The notes below the pieces were generated by a model, which was given only the letters and a program-made list of their open reading frames with translations, searched no databases and was not told where the DNA came from. A program made the translations under genes and the position numbers. Shown here piece after piece: positions 53,686 through 64,000 of a stretch of DNA of 64,000 nt. Where the stretch lies: positions 107,570,001 to 107,634,000 of the forward strand of contig OZ024740.1 of assembly GCA_964016885.1 (NCBI GenBank), given 5' to 3'. Source of the DNA: Eledone cirrhosa (taxonomy: Eukaryota). Numbering within the stretch: the stretch's first letter is position 1; every line of letters starts with the position of its first letter.

Positions 53686-55291
53686 TCCAGCTGAATTCTA
53701 ATATAAATGACCTTTAGTGATTGTTTTAATTTTATTTGAATTTTATTGTCAATGATCAGTATTGCAATACAAATTTTCTGTGTTAATACATAAAATAAAA
53801 TAAAACCTACAAAATTAATGAAATTAAATAAATTAATATTTATTGTGTGTATATCATCCGGTTACAATCTGTGTTTTTGAGAACCAACGATTGAGAAAAA
53901 CTGAATGAAACTACTCCAAAACTGTAAATCACTGCTTAAACTTCCTTTTTGAGCATCAGTTTTCTTTTCAGAAATCACATGAAACTTATTGATTAAATAT
54001 TTTCTGTTTAAAGTTATAGATTATCATGTAGAATTTATTGCCATTTAATTTATTTGAATCACAGCTGGAAGGTTTATTTTGTATGTATGTATATACATAT
54101 GTGTGTGTATGTTAAAGGTAAGCAAACGACGCAGTACAATGAAGAAATATATTAGTTTATCACTTGAAATAATAGGAAAAGAGTCAATGTTTCAGACACT
54201 AGTCCTTCATATATTTTGTCATTGTACTGTGGTGATTGCTTTATTACTTTTTACATACATATATAGAGAGAGATTAAATGGTTATTGTAACTGAGAGAAT
54301 AATTTATTATTTGGCCCGACCACAAGAGCTGCTATAAACAAGATTTATATCATCCAGTGTGTACTAGAGATAATATTCAGTCAATTGCTGTAAGAAATAG
54401 TTATTTATTTTATTGCACTTCAGACTTAAACCACTTAAGATGACTTAAGATTTTTTGATTATTAAAAATAGAGATAACAAAATGGTGACTTCACTAAACA
54501 TTCAATGAAATCTCGATTGTAAATATGGATCTTGCTTTTAATATCCATTTTATTTTATTCCTGTTGGGTCATCTGGAATATTAATCCAACTTTAAACAGA
54601 ATTGATACAAAGAGGATCATTTTTGTTCATAGGGTTTATGTGAGCCCTTGCTTCTGTTTTAATTAAGATTTGGCTAGCTATGAACCAACCCAATCACAGA
54701 GGAATTATGAGCCATTTCCTTCCACAGTAGTCCCAATTAGTGGCTCTACTAGAGATCAACAATAGTCTACATCTTATACTGGAACTGGCAAGTAAGGGGC
54801 AGCCAAAGAAACAGTAAGGACTCTGAGAACATCCCCACTTTGGTCGTGTGTGGTGATTAGTCTCTAAGGGAAGACATTTTTGCAGGGGCGAAAATATACA
54901 GAGAATGTTATCTCCTTATTTTATATTTTGGAGAAATGTTGGGACAAAAGGAAAGAATTTTAATGACAAATGTTTTAGTCATGCAAGGCACTTTGTTTTT
55001 TGTTTTGTGTTTCTTTTTTTTTTTAAATATTTTTCTTTCCTTTCTAGAAATGTTATTCCAGTTACAGTAGAAAATAGTACAGGGAGAAATGATCGCAAAA
55101 AAGCATGCAAAAATAACTTTTTTAACATCTGGACGGATTGTTTTATCACCAAGGCTACTTTATATATTAATTTTGTGTATGTATGTGCGTATATGTATGT
55201 ATATATATATATCATCATCATCACCGTTTAGCGTCCATGGGTTAGATGGGTCTGGCCATAATTGGCCACGCTGTACCTTGTTCCAACGAGG

Positions 55292-55311
55292 ATATAATAT
55301 ATATATATATA

Positions 55312-55383
<72 letters not shown>
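55292..55383. repeat. (TA)n microsatellite with a short (TG)n interruption
   Basis: Directly visible. Confidence 0.97.
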
Positions 55384-55386
<3 letters not shown>

Positions 55387-56268
55387 ACAGCAATTAAATG
55401 GTTATTGTAGTTAAGAGAATAATTTATTATTTGGCTGTTTCTTGTCAGGAGGATTTGAATATCAGTAATTATTATTATTGTACCAGTAATGCACTGGGAT
55501 AATTGCTGGCCCTGTGCCAAAAGTAGAAACAATTATTATTATTATTTAACAGTGATAAGATCTTATTAAAGTTGTATGTTTCAGTGAAATCTTAAACAAT
55601 TTTCAAAGCAATTTTTTCTCAGTTTCTAACAATTTTACATGGATGCAGGAACTATGACAACCAATTATTTTACACGACCTTTCAGAATTATTCTATTACT
55701 GTTAAATATGTATATATATATATATAAGCAGATTAGAACAGTTACTAATTCAACAACTTCTCAAAGCCAGAAAAAAAAGCTGTTTTCAATGAATTTCCTG
55801 TAATAAACTATTAAAAGGAAAGGAGCCGATTGTTAGATCAGACCAAGGAAATTATGTTTCCATTGTTTTTTTTTCCATTGTTACTGATACTATCTACTGG
55901 TTCCAATTCCTGGCAGAAAGAAGTATCATTGCTTTTTGAACTCAGAACACATAAAGCAAAAACAGATACTGCAAATCTTCTACCAGTCTACTGCACCAGG
56001 ACTGGTATTTTATTTATTAAACCTGAAAGGATGAAAGGCAAAGTTGACCTCAACAGGATTTGCCACCTATATAGTATATAATAATGGCTTTATAATCCTA
56101 TTATGAAGGATCAAAATATAGCCATGTGCGTGGCATGGTTTCTATACATGCTAAATTACTTTGATTCAGTACATATTCTAACTAATTAGTATAGATATCT
56201 ATTTTATGTCAATGAAGGAAGTAGAAATAATCAGTATTAGAAAACCAAACAACTAATCTCTCGTGTTA

Positions 56269-56413
56269 TCTGAGTCCAAATCCTGCTGAGATTAACTTTG
56301 CCTTTCATCCATCTCAGGTTAATAAAATAAAGTATCGGTTAAGTACCAAGGTTGGTATAATCGACTTTCCTCTCCCACAAATTGCTGGCTTGGTGTCAAT
56401 TTTAGAAATCATT
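56269..56413 (+). mobile_element. Fragment of a second SINE family (Meta-SINE-like core)
   Basis: ctgagtccaaatcctgctgagattaactttgcctttcatcc...gttaataaaataaagta resembles the Meta-SINE core 'GACT..GCCTT.CATCC...GTCGATAAAAT.AGTACC'. Related copy at 60722-60900. Confidence 0.65.
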
Positions 56414-56644
56414 CTTCTAAATCTCATGAATTTGAATCAGATTTTGCATCATTTCAGATATAAAAGGAAGGGGAAAAAAGATGATGATCATCAGATCAGA
56501 CCAAGGAAATAATGTTTCCATTGCTGATACTATCTGCTGGTCACAATTCCTGGCAAAAGGAGGTAGAGATGGAACTCAGAATATACAAAGCCAGATCAAA
56601 TATTAACAATACTGCCTATTCACCATCATTAGAATAGGGCCTTT

Positions 56645-56768
56645 TTTTATGAACCCAGAGAGAATGATTGGCAAAGTTGACCTCAGCAGAATTTGAACTT
56701 AGAACACAATGAACCAGAACAAATACACCAAGTATTCATTTTGATGCACTAATGACTCTGCCAATTCA
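56645..56768 (-). mobile_element. Meta-SINE-like fragment, reverse orientation
   Basis: ggcaaagttgacctcagcagaatttgaacttagaa is the reverse complement of the B-box/core junction seen at 56269 and 60750. Confidence 0.6.
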
Positions 56769-57938
56769 CAGGTATTACTTCAGATATATGAGATGTCATA
56801 TTTTTAGAAATGGTTGCAACATTTTAAGTGATTATTGCCATTCTATGTGTTATACACTCTGTAATTCTCAAACTGTTCAATGCTATTATTCTCTCTTGTT
56901 GTTTTAGTCTTAAAGTCACCTTACAGTTTCTTCTAATCACTATTTTAAGTTTCTTAATTTTTGCCTAAAATAGTAATTTCTCAAAAATAACACAGACTCA
57001 TAAAGATTGTACTTTTTCAAACAGTGATCAATAAGTACTCTTTTAGAGAAAGAATGACTTGTAAAATATGCATGATCCCATCTAGTAATGTTTATTCAGA
57101 AGAACATTCATCGAAAGTTAGTAGACCAGCTGGCCAACAATTCCTTCTTACCTTAAAACAACACTTTAGGATCTTACATTCTTTGAATTACAGGTACAAT
57201 CCATCTAACAAGTTTGCACAGTTTCTGTCTACCTATTTTACACTCAGTAGACTTGGGTAATCTGAAGCTATGGTAAAAAGACTTACTCAAGATTCCATGC
57301 TATAGAATTGAACCAGGGACCTCATGATTATATCCTCTAGATAAATAATTCATTAAAAACATATCATGAAGTCAGAAACACTCCCTACCCTTCAGCTATA
57401 TTAATATGAAGGTGCAAAAGTTTAAATTCAAATCTATCTAATGCAACACAGTAATTGGTATGATGGCAGGCTTCGAGAAAATTCAAGTGTCTGCCCATAA
57501 TTATATCTAGATAAAAAATGGTGCCAAAACATCTGTTGCAGGAAAATTGGTGTGTGTGTAAACATAACTACATACACACACATATATATATATTAATAAA
57601 AGGAATTCCAACTTTGTCTGATTTACTCGTTTTGTTTACAATCCTTTAAAATTATAATGATATTATAATGAAATAGTATGGTAGAATATTAAATGTTAAG
57701 TGTTAATTGAACAAGTACTTTCATGCTTTCGCAATCTTCAGGTTCATATTCAGTGGTGACAGTCAAGTTTGCAATTTTCAACAGTTGAAAACTTGACATA
57801 TATATTTATATGACATATGTACCTTGGTTGACTGGTATTTGAGGCTCATTTGCAGAGTCAACCGTTAATTCGTTCACTGATGAATTAATTAGTGGTTGGT
57901 TCCATGAAACCCAGGAACCAGTCAACCAAGAAACATAT

Positions 57939-58282
57939 CATCATCATCATCATCATTTCATTTTACGTCCGCTTTTCCCTGCTTGCAAGGGTGGGACGGG
58001 AACTGATTTTGGCTTGATTTCTACAGCTGGATGCCCTTCCTAACACCAACCTCATTTACAGTGAGTGCTGGGTGCTTTTTTGCCGTGGCACCTCCACGAC
58101 CACTTTGCAGTGGAATGATAGGGACCCCAGTCCCTATCATCTCATTTCTACAGCTGAGTAAACTGGAGCAATGTGAAATAAAGTGTCTTGCTCAAGGAAA
58201 CAACACATCACCCGGTCTGAGAATTGAACTCACAACCTTTCGATTGCAAGGCCAATGCTCTAACCACTAAGCCATGTGCCTC
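57939..58282 (-). mobile_element. Full-length tRNA-derived SINE with a CATAT target-site duplication
   Basis: Near-identical to 52281-52668 but lacks one internal repeat unit. CATAT occurs at 57934-57938 and 58283-58287, and the intact right arm of the inverted repeat shows the empty site. Confidence 0.92.
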
Positions 58283-58416
58283 CATATATGCCATATAATA
58301 AAAAACAACTCTGCTACATCAGTAAATGTTCATTGTTTCTTTTAAACCTATAAATCAATATATACATATATATATATATGTATATGATGGGGCTGACCGG
58401 ATGTAACAGAGTTGTT

Positions 58417-58422
58417 TTTATT
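58417..58422 (-). promoter_or_regulatory. Candidate polyadenylation signal (AATAAA) for BICC1
   Basis: First minus-strand AATAAA I found downstream of the BICC1 stop, about 590 nt away. Usage is unverified. Confidence 0.35.
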
Positions 58423-59012
58423 ATATGGCATATATGTTTCTTTGTTGACTGGTTCCTCAGTTTCATGGAACCAACCACTAATTAATTCATCAGTGAACGA
58501 ATTAACGGTTGACTCTGAAAATGAGCCTCAAGTACCAGTCAACCAAGGTACATATGTCATATAAATCTACATATGTATGTATCTATATGTTAGTATCGAA
58601 GTATTTATGTATCTATGCATGTATGTATGTAATTGTGTGTGTGTGTCTGTATCTACACACATGCATGTATATAATATCTATATACTTGATTAAGCAATAT
58701 GTTTTCTGCAAATAAAAACCTAGTAAAAGGGTATAATTCTCCCGTCAATGGAGTTGTTTGGGAAATATTAAATATTAAAGTAGCTTGGTGATGAGAACAA
58801 ATATAATAATTTGAAAAAAAAAAACCATTTGACTAGAACAAATTGTTGACAATTGATTAGTTTGAGATAGTCAGCAGTTGTCCAACAACTGGACACTGGC
58901 TATTATTGCCTCAGTCTTTAGAACAAGTTGTTTCAAGTGTCATAATCACACATGTATCTTTGGTACTTTGAGGTGGATGTATGTGTTTGTGGTGTGTGTG
59001 TCTACTGGATTT

Positions 59013-59161
59013 TTACCATCGTCCACTTAAACTTCCCATGTCCACCCTAGGATTGTTCATCCATGCAGTAGCCTCGTTTTCCTGAAACGAGTTGTTTGAG
59101 TTAATTGCCGCCGCTGATGTCATTGCTGTTGTCGTAAGTTGGGGTTTCATGTGATTCAACT
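59013..59161 (-). CDS. BICC1: Bicaudal-C homolog, terminal coding exon: (E)LNHMKPQLTTTAMTSAAAINSNNSFQENEATAWMNNPRVDMGSLSGRW*
   Basis: Acceptor ttcttcttttcag|AG, and phase 1 joins the previous exon. Ends in S.SGRW*, the characteristic BICC1 C-terminus. TAA at 59013-59015. Confidence 0.92.
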
Positions 59162-59285
59162 CTGAAAAGAAGAAAACTTATAATATATATAATCTCTGCT
59201 GTTACACAATAATACAAAAGACCTGACTTCCCACGGGCACAGGCCGAAGTTGAAGCATATATACATTACACCCCACGCCACTCCC

Positions 59286-59597
59286 ACTGTAAACTGGTTG
59301 TGTAGGTGTCACAACAAAAAGCACCCAGCGCACACTGTAAAGTGGTCGTGTAGGTGTCATGACAAAAAGCACCAGTCCAAACTGTAAAGTGGTTGTGTAG
59401 GTGTCATGACAAAAAGCACCCAGCCCTCACTGTAAATGAGGTTGGTGTTAGGCAGGACATCCAGCTGTAGAAACCAAGCCAAAATCAGTTCTATATGAGC
59501 AAGACATGGTCACCTGCCCTAGCATTGCCCACAACAGGACAACTCATCTAACCCCTGCTAGTGTGGAAAAATGGGTGTAAATGGTGATGATGATGAT
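59286..59597 (+). mobile_element. 5'-truncated SINE with three ~48-bp internal tandem units and an (ATG)n tail (BICC1 intron)
   Basis: Repeated cactgtaaagtggttgtgtaggtgtcatgacaaaaagcaccc, then ggttggtgttagg...catccagctgtagaaa and a tail ending gatgatgatgat. Same family as the SINE at 52281. Confidence 0.8.
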
Positions 59598-59979
59598 ATT
59601 ACATACAATACAGTTACTTTCTTTAAGACTGTGTTATCACAGGAAAGAACTGATCTTTAGATTAGACCTAGGAAACTATGTTTCCATTAGTCATTCTATT
59701 GCTGATATTATCTGTCAGTTGCAACTCTTGAGAAAAGTTTTACTGCTTTTCTGATGACAAGAGACAAGATTTGAACTCAAAATGTACAGAGCCAGAATAG
59801 CTACCATAAACTATCTCACTTGAACATTTTAACAGTTCTGCCAATCCATAACTTCTGGACTAGTACTTTATTTATCAATCCTGAATGGATGAAAAGTGTT
59901 TGAATTCAGAATATAGACAACCAAAATAAATGCTGTCAAAGCATTTATTTTGACTGAGTGCATTATATCAGGACACCAG

Positions 59980-60130
59980 CACACTAGCTTACAGTGCAGA
60001 CTGGGTGTTTGTCATGACACCAACATTACCACCTTACAGCGCAGACTGGGTGCTTTTCATTGTGACACCATACCACCTTACAGTATACTGGGTGTTTGTC
60101 ATCATGACACAAGCACTACCACCTTACAGA
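59980..60130 (-). mobile_element. SINE internal tandem-repeat fragment, reverse orientation
   Basis: Three units like cttacagtgcagactgggtg..tcatgacacca..accac, the reverse complement of the SINE internal repeat. Confidence 0.65.
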
Positions 60131-60578
60131 GTGATGCATGTTCAACACACTTCAATTGTGAAGCTAGATATAGCAACTAAATCTCCCTAAATAAGTAAAG
60201 AATGCGTTATATAATGTAGTCTTAGATATCCTTAAAAAGACAGGAAGTCACAGCTGGAGTGCATTTAGTTACAAGTCTGCTGGACCAGAGAGGGTCTGGG
60301 CTAAACAGATCATTTCCACACCTCAGCCTACCAAATCATAAAACAATATGAACTGCTAAAATAGTGACTAACTTTATACAGACATTTACAGAAGGAGAGA
60401 GGGTGTTCTGGAAAAGACCTATCCAACCCATGCAAGCATGGAAAAGCAGATATAAAAGTAGACAATGATGATGATGACGATGTCTGAATGTAAAAAAATC
60501 AACAAACTTGGAGACCTGGTTTGAATGCTTGCAACAGTATGAACTTCATTAAAGGCACCCAAAAATCAGATTGTTATG

Positions 60579-61147
60579 TTAACCTTTTAAATACCAACCC
60601 ATCAGAAATTACCTCTAATAAAGAGTTAAAGTATAAATTCAAACTTTTAAATGAAATCTCATTATTGCACAACTGATAAAACTAGTTTTCAATAGTTAAA
60701 TACTTGTTTTTTATTATTAAATTGCAGCATAGAGTTATGGCCCTTTAAGTTCTGAGTTCAAATCCCACCAAGGTTAGCTTTGTCTTTCATCCTTACAAGA
60801 TCGATAAAATAAAGCACCAGTAATGCACTGGGGTTGATTCAATCAACTTTCCCCTCCCCGCCAAATTTCTGGCTTTGTGCCTATAGTAGAAATCATTATT
60901 AAATTGAAAGTTAGGGTGGAGGATTGGCAGTATCGGTAGAGGGTCGGACGCCATGCTTTGCAGCATAGAGTTACGCCCCTTTATGATCAAATTTTTGGTT
61001 GTCAAAATTAGGGTGCACCTTGAGGACGAAATGTCTTCGGTGCTGGGAAATATGGTAGTTATTTTAATTTAATCTCTCACAATTCTTGATTACTTTGATA
61101 ATTAAGACATAAAAGCAGTGTTGGAAATATGGTAACAAATGAGTTAA
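60579..61147. mobile_element. piggyBac-like MITE ends enclosing Meta-SINE-like sequence (60722-60983)
   Basis: TTAA|CCTTTTAAATACC at 60579 and GGTAACAAATGAG|TTAA ending at 61147. Meta-SINE-like body at 60722-60900 and a tRNA-like head at ~60913-60983. Confidence 0.55.
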
Positions 61148-61215
61148 AGCATCAGATTAAGTCTATCAACCAGTAAGGGAATCTGTGGAAATATTTAAAA
61201 AAAGAGTAAACTTAC

Positions 61216-61315
61216 CTGTAATAGCCAGCAACATTTTCTTGCGTGCTCCAAAAGTGGAGATACCCAGCATGCGTAAGTCATTGTCATTCATTGTTCTAAA
61301 TGTAGGAAGATCAAT
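61216..61315 (-). CDS. BICC1: Bicaudal-C homolog, SAM-domain exon: IDLPTFRTMNDNDLRMLGISTFGARKKMLLAIT
   Basis: ttttgcag|ATT ... ACAG|GTAAG, 100 nt, phase 0 to 1. Matches the BICC1 SAM second half (IDL.TF.T..D.DL..LGI.TFGAR.KMLLAI). Confidence 0.95.
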
Positions 61316-61351
61316 CTGCAAAATAAAATTCAGTGTTTGAATTTGATTTAT

Positions 61352-61500
61352 CTCGGTTTTCTATCGTTTTCATCTTGCTCATACAAATCTGTATTTTGGC
61401 TTGGTTTCTATGGATGGTTGCCCTTCTTAACACCAACTATGTTACAGTGTGGACTGGGTGCCCTTTGTCATGTCACCAGCACAACCACCTTACAGTAGGG
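61352..61500 (-). mobile_element. SINE 3' fragment near the BICC1 acceptor site
   Basis: ttttggcttggtttcta...ggttgcccttcttaacaccaac...ttacagtgtggactgggtgc, the same family as the SINE at 52281. Confidence 0.65.
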
Positions 61501-61814
61501 ACTGAGTTAATATAAGAACAAAAGAGGTTCCCTAAAACAGTAAATAGATGAAAGAATAATAAAATAATAAAAGTAGACCCTTACTTGACAGGGAGCTATG
61601 AGATTATAGTCACCATAGTTTTTCATTGTTTTGCATTTAAAAAGAGGTTCTTAACCCTGTAATATCATGTTGAAATATACTGGGTAATAAATATTACTCT
61701 GTTTTGTTTTATTTATCATCCTTTGTCATTTATATATTTCTACCACATTGTACTGGCTTTCTGAAGTTCTCATTAATCAATTATTTATCTCAGAGTTTTA
61801 TTGGCTTTTTATAG

Positions 61815-61965
61815 ATGCATGACTTAGTGGTTAGATTGGCAGAATTATGATCATAATGTCCTGGGTACTGCATTGTGTTCCTGAGCAAAACGGTTCACTT
61901 CATATTGCTCCAATCCATTCAGCTGAAAATGATCAACTAGAGCTGGGGGTTAACCCTGCAATGGA
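61815..61965 (+). mobile_element. Old tRNA/CORE-like SINE 5' fragment
   Basis: tgcatgacttagtggttaga...gtgttcctgagcaaaac..ttcacttcatattgctcca...cagctgaaaatga parallels the SINE head and core. Confidence 0.6.
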
Positions 61966-62349
61966 TTGGTGCCATGTACTCTCAGTCACTTAATACTAAT
62001 GAAACCACAATAAGCCTGAAGAGCCTCTAGGCTTGTGACAGACTAACTTTTTATAGATATAAACATCAGATTTTAGTAAAGGACTAAAAACTAACAACTA
62101 ACTATAGCTATTTAATTATACCAGCTGATATTGATGTCTCCCAGCTTTATTCAAGCCACTCTAGAGCTGAGAGCCCTGAAGGAATTTTCTGAGTGCTGCT
62201 TACACTTAAAGAGTGGATATGGGCATTAACCACAATATTCCTGTAAGGATCAGAGACCCAAGTATTATTAGTAACACTCTGAAGAAGTGTATACTATGAG
62301 GAAGTCAGAGAGGGAGGGGGCATGTTTTGGATGTATATATTCTCTGAAA

Positions 62350-62500
62350 AGTGGTTAGCATTAGGAAGGCAAGCAGCTGTAAAAACCATGCCAAAAATGG
62401 AATGTATGAACAAAATGTTCTCTGACCCATTTACCCTTGGGCCATGACAACCTGTCCAACCCATGCCAGCATGTAAAAAAAAGGATGCATGATGATGATA
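62350..62500 (+). mobile_element. SINE 3' fragment with an (ATG)n tail
   Basis: ggttagcattaggaaggc..cagctgtaaaaacc...gtccaacccatgccagcatg..aaaa..gatgatgat. Confidence 0.7.
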
Positions 62501-63194
62501 ATTCTCTGAAACTGCCCAATATTAGAAACTCAAAAGAACTCCATAGTTGTTCATTGTCAAAGCTGAACCTGACAAAGAAGATGACACAGGATTGAGTTGA
62601 CCAGCAATTTGCTGTATTGCAAACAAGTGAGATGAATTGAGAATGCCATTTAAGCCTCCACCTTGCCAATATGCCTTTCCTCAACACTGCGTCACAACTT
62701 CTTGTACCTTCTCCCAACATAATCCACACCCCCACCTACACCCCAGCACTTCCTTGATCCACACTTTTTCATTATCTAAACACTCTTTAGTTTCCTCCCT
62801 TGCGGACTTGTTTTCCCCCACTAACCCATGCCAGTATGGAAAGTCAAATGCACCCCACAAAGTAGAACCAGATGCTGCTCACTCACTCTCTTCAAGACCA
62901 TCTTCATGATCCAATGCTTACTACCCCAATCTCCACTGCCACCATTTACATCCTTGATTTTCCTTCCTTGTCCAACCCATGCTAGCATGAAAAGGTGAGT
63001 GCTCTCCACAATGTATTGCCAAGCGTCACTTATTCTCTGCAAGTTCATCTCCACAATCCAACACTTACTCTCCCTTCAATCTCTCACTGTGGTATGATTC
63101 CCCTCCTCTCTTGGCAAATCTCATAATTTGCCACCTTCTCATCCATCCCCATCAATACCATCCTGGCTTGCCTGAGGACACAATTAGCATCCTA

Positions 63195-63453
63195 GTTTTG
63201 TAAAGTGGTAGTGCTAGTATCATAATAAAATGTAAAGTGGTAGTGCTGATACAACAATAAAAATCACTCAGCCCATTCTGTAAAGTAGTAGTGTTTGTAC
63301 TATGACAAAATGCACCCAGTACAAGCTGTAGAAAATATGCCAGAATGGAATGTATGAGCAAGATGTAGTCACAACCCTGTCTAACCTCAGAATGTGACAA
63401 CCTGTTTAACATATGCATGCATGGAAAATAGATGTATGATGATGATAATGATG
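63195..63453 (+). mobile_element. SINE 3' fragment whose ATG-repeat tail abuts the BICC1 splice donor
   Basis: Tandem tgtaaagtggtagtgct units, then agctgtagaaa and gcatggaaaatagatgtatgatgatgataatgatg immediately before cttac at 63455-63459. Confidence 0.7.
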
Positions 63454-63459
63454 TCTTAC

Positions 63460-63605
63460 CTCTTGCTGCTGAAAAATATCGGTATATTTGCCAAGCCCTA
63501 ATTTACTAAATAACTCAGCCAAATCAGTTTCTGAAGAACAAGCCAATACTTTTGTTGGAAGAGTTGCACTGTCTGCATGATTGCTATTGCTTAGACCAAA
63601 TTCAA
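63460..63605 (-). CDS. BICC1: Bicaudal-C homolog, exon with the first half of the SAM domain: EFGLSNSNHADSATLPTKVLACSSETDLAELFSKLGLGKYTDIFQQQE
   Basis: ttcttttcag|TT ... GAG|GTAAG, 146 nt, phase 1 to 0. DL.ELFSKLGLGKYTD.FQQQE is the BICC1 SAM signature. Upstream (KH-domain) exons lie beyond the right edge. Confidence 0.95.
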
Positions 63606-63800
63606 CTGAAAAGAACACGAAAAACATTTTATATATATAATATAATTATATTAGGTATAAATTGAAGTTGTAGTTGCCATATAGCAGGTACTAATCGAGT
63701 TGTTTGAGGCAATCACAAAGCAGTCAATAGAGCGATACGTTAATACATTACCATCCAGAGTAAACACAACAGTTAAAAAGTGGGACACCAAATATATATA

Positions 63801-64000
63801 CTAGCTGGCCCGTCCGGCTGGCGCCCAGCTACTATTGGTGTGTTCTACGGCATCCATATATATAGATATAGCTGACGCATCTAGCTTCACTTGGATAAAC
63901 AGAAGATAAGCCGTCTGTGTAGTATAGTATTACTGTTGAAAATATATAGTACAGTATGACTGTTGAAAATATATAGTATAGTATTACTGTTGAAAATATA
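63801..64000 (-). mobile_element. Possible Helitron-like 3' end
   Basis: On the minus strand a GC-rich stretch with an AGCTGG...CCAGCT hairpin ends in CTAG followed by T, and a minisatellite lies inside. The 5' end is not visible. Confidence 0.35.
63920..64000. repeat. 27-bp minisatellite (TAGTATAGTATTACTGTTGAAAATATA), at least 3 copies, runs off the window
   Basis: Three tandem copies are directly visible. Confidence 0.9.

Larger units (their letters stand above)
57804..58566. repeat. Long inverted repeat/foldback element (arms about 167 bp, 79-nt loop); the left arm is interrupted by a SINE
   Basis: 57804-57938 plus 58288-58320 is the near-perfect reverse complement of 58400-58566. Confidence 0.92.

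Noticed and set aside
54905-55532. Overlapping ORFs with IYIYIY runs
   Set aside because: They are artefacts of (TA)n microsatellites and AT-rich sequence.
62620-63180. Possible additional decayed LINE on the minus strand
   Set aside because: The region is purine-rich on the minus strand, but I could not read a convincing APE or RT motif. It needs a repeat-library search.

Overview
AT-rich eukaryotic DNA. The SINE/RTE repertoire suggests an octopus-like cephalopod, which is an inference. About 74% of the window (1-47417, open at the left edge) is one tandem satellite of a 90-bp monomer with an 81-bp variant, roughly 530 units. The monomer translates as VEPVMNVVKRNGIRWLGHVLRKDDSGWVRG, matching the 'R.RW.GHV.R' C-terminal motif of RTE-clade LINE ORFs. 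The array runs directly and in frame into the decayed 3' end of that LINE (GRGRPRET*), so it appears to have been amplified in situ from a retrotransposon coding segment. It never shifts frame, has only six internal stops, and shows layered higher-order repeats (801, 2232 and 3411 bp, plus a 17.7-kb offset). The remaining 16.6 kb holds a candidate plus-strand exon, a palindromic 23-bp minisatellite, a decayed RTE LINE, tRNA-derived SINEs, TTAA-flanked MITEs and two long inverted repeats. It also contains the last three coding exons of Bicaudal-C (BICC1; SAM domain and ...SLSGRW* terminus) on the minus strand.
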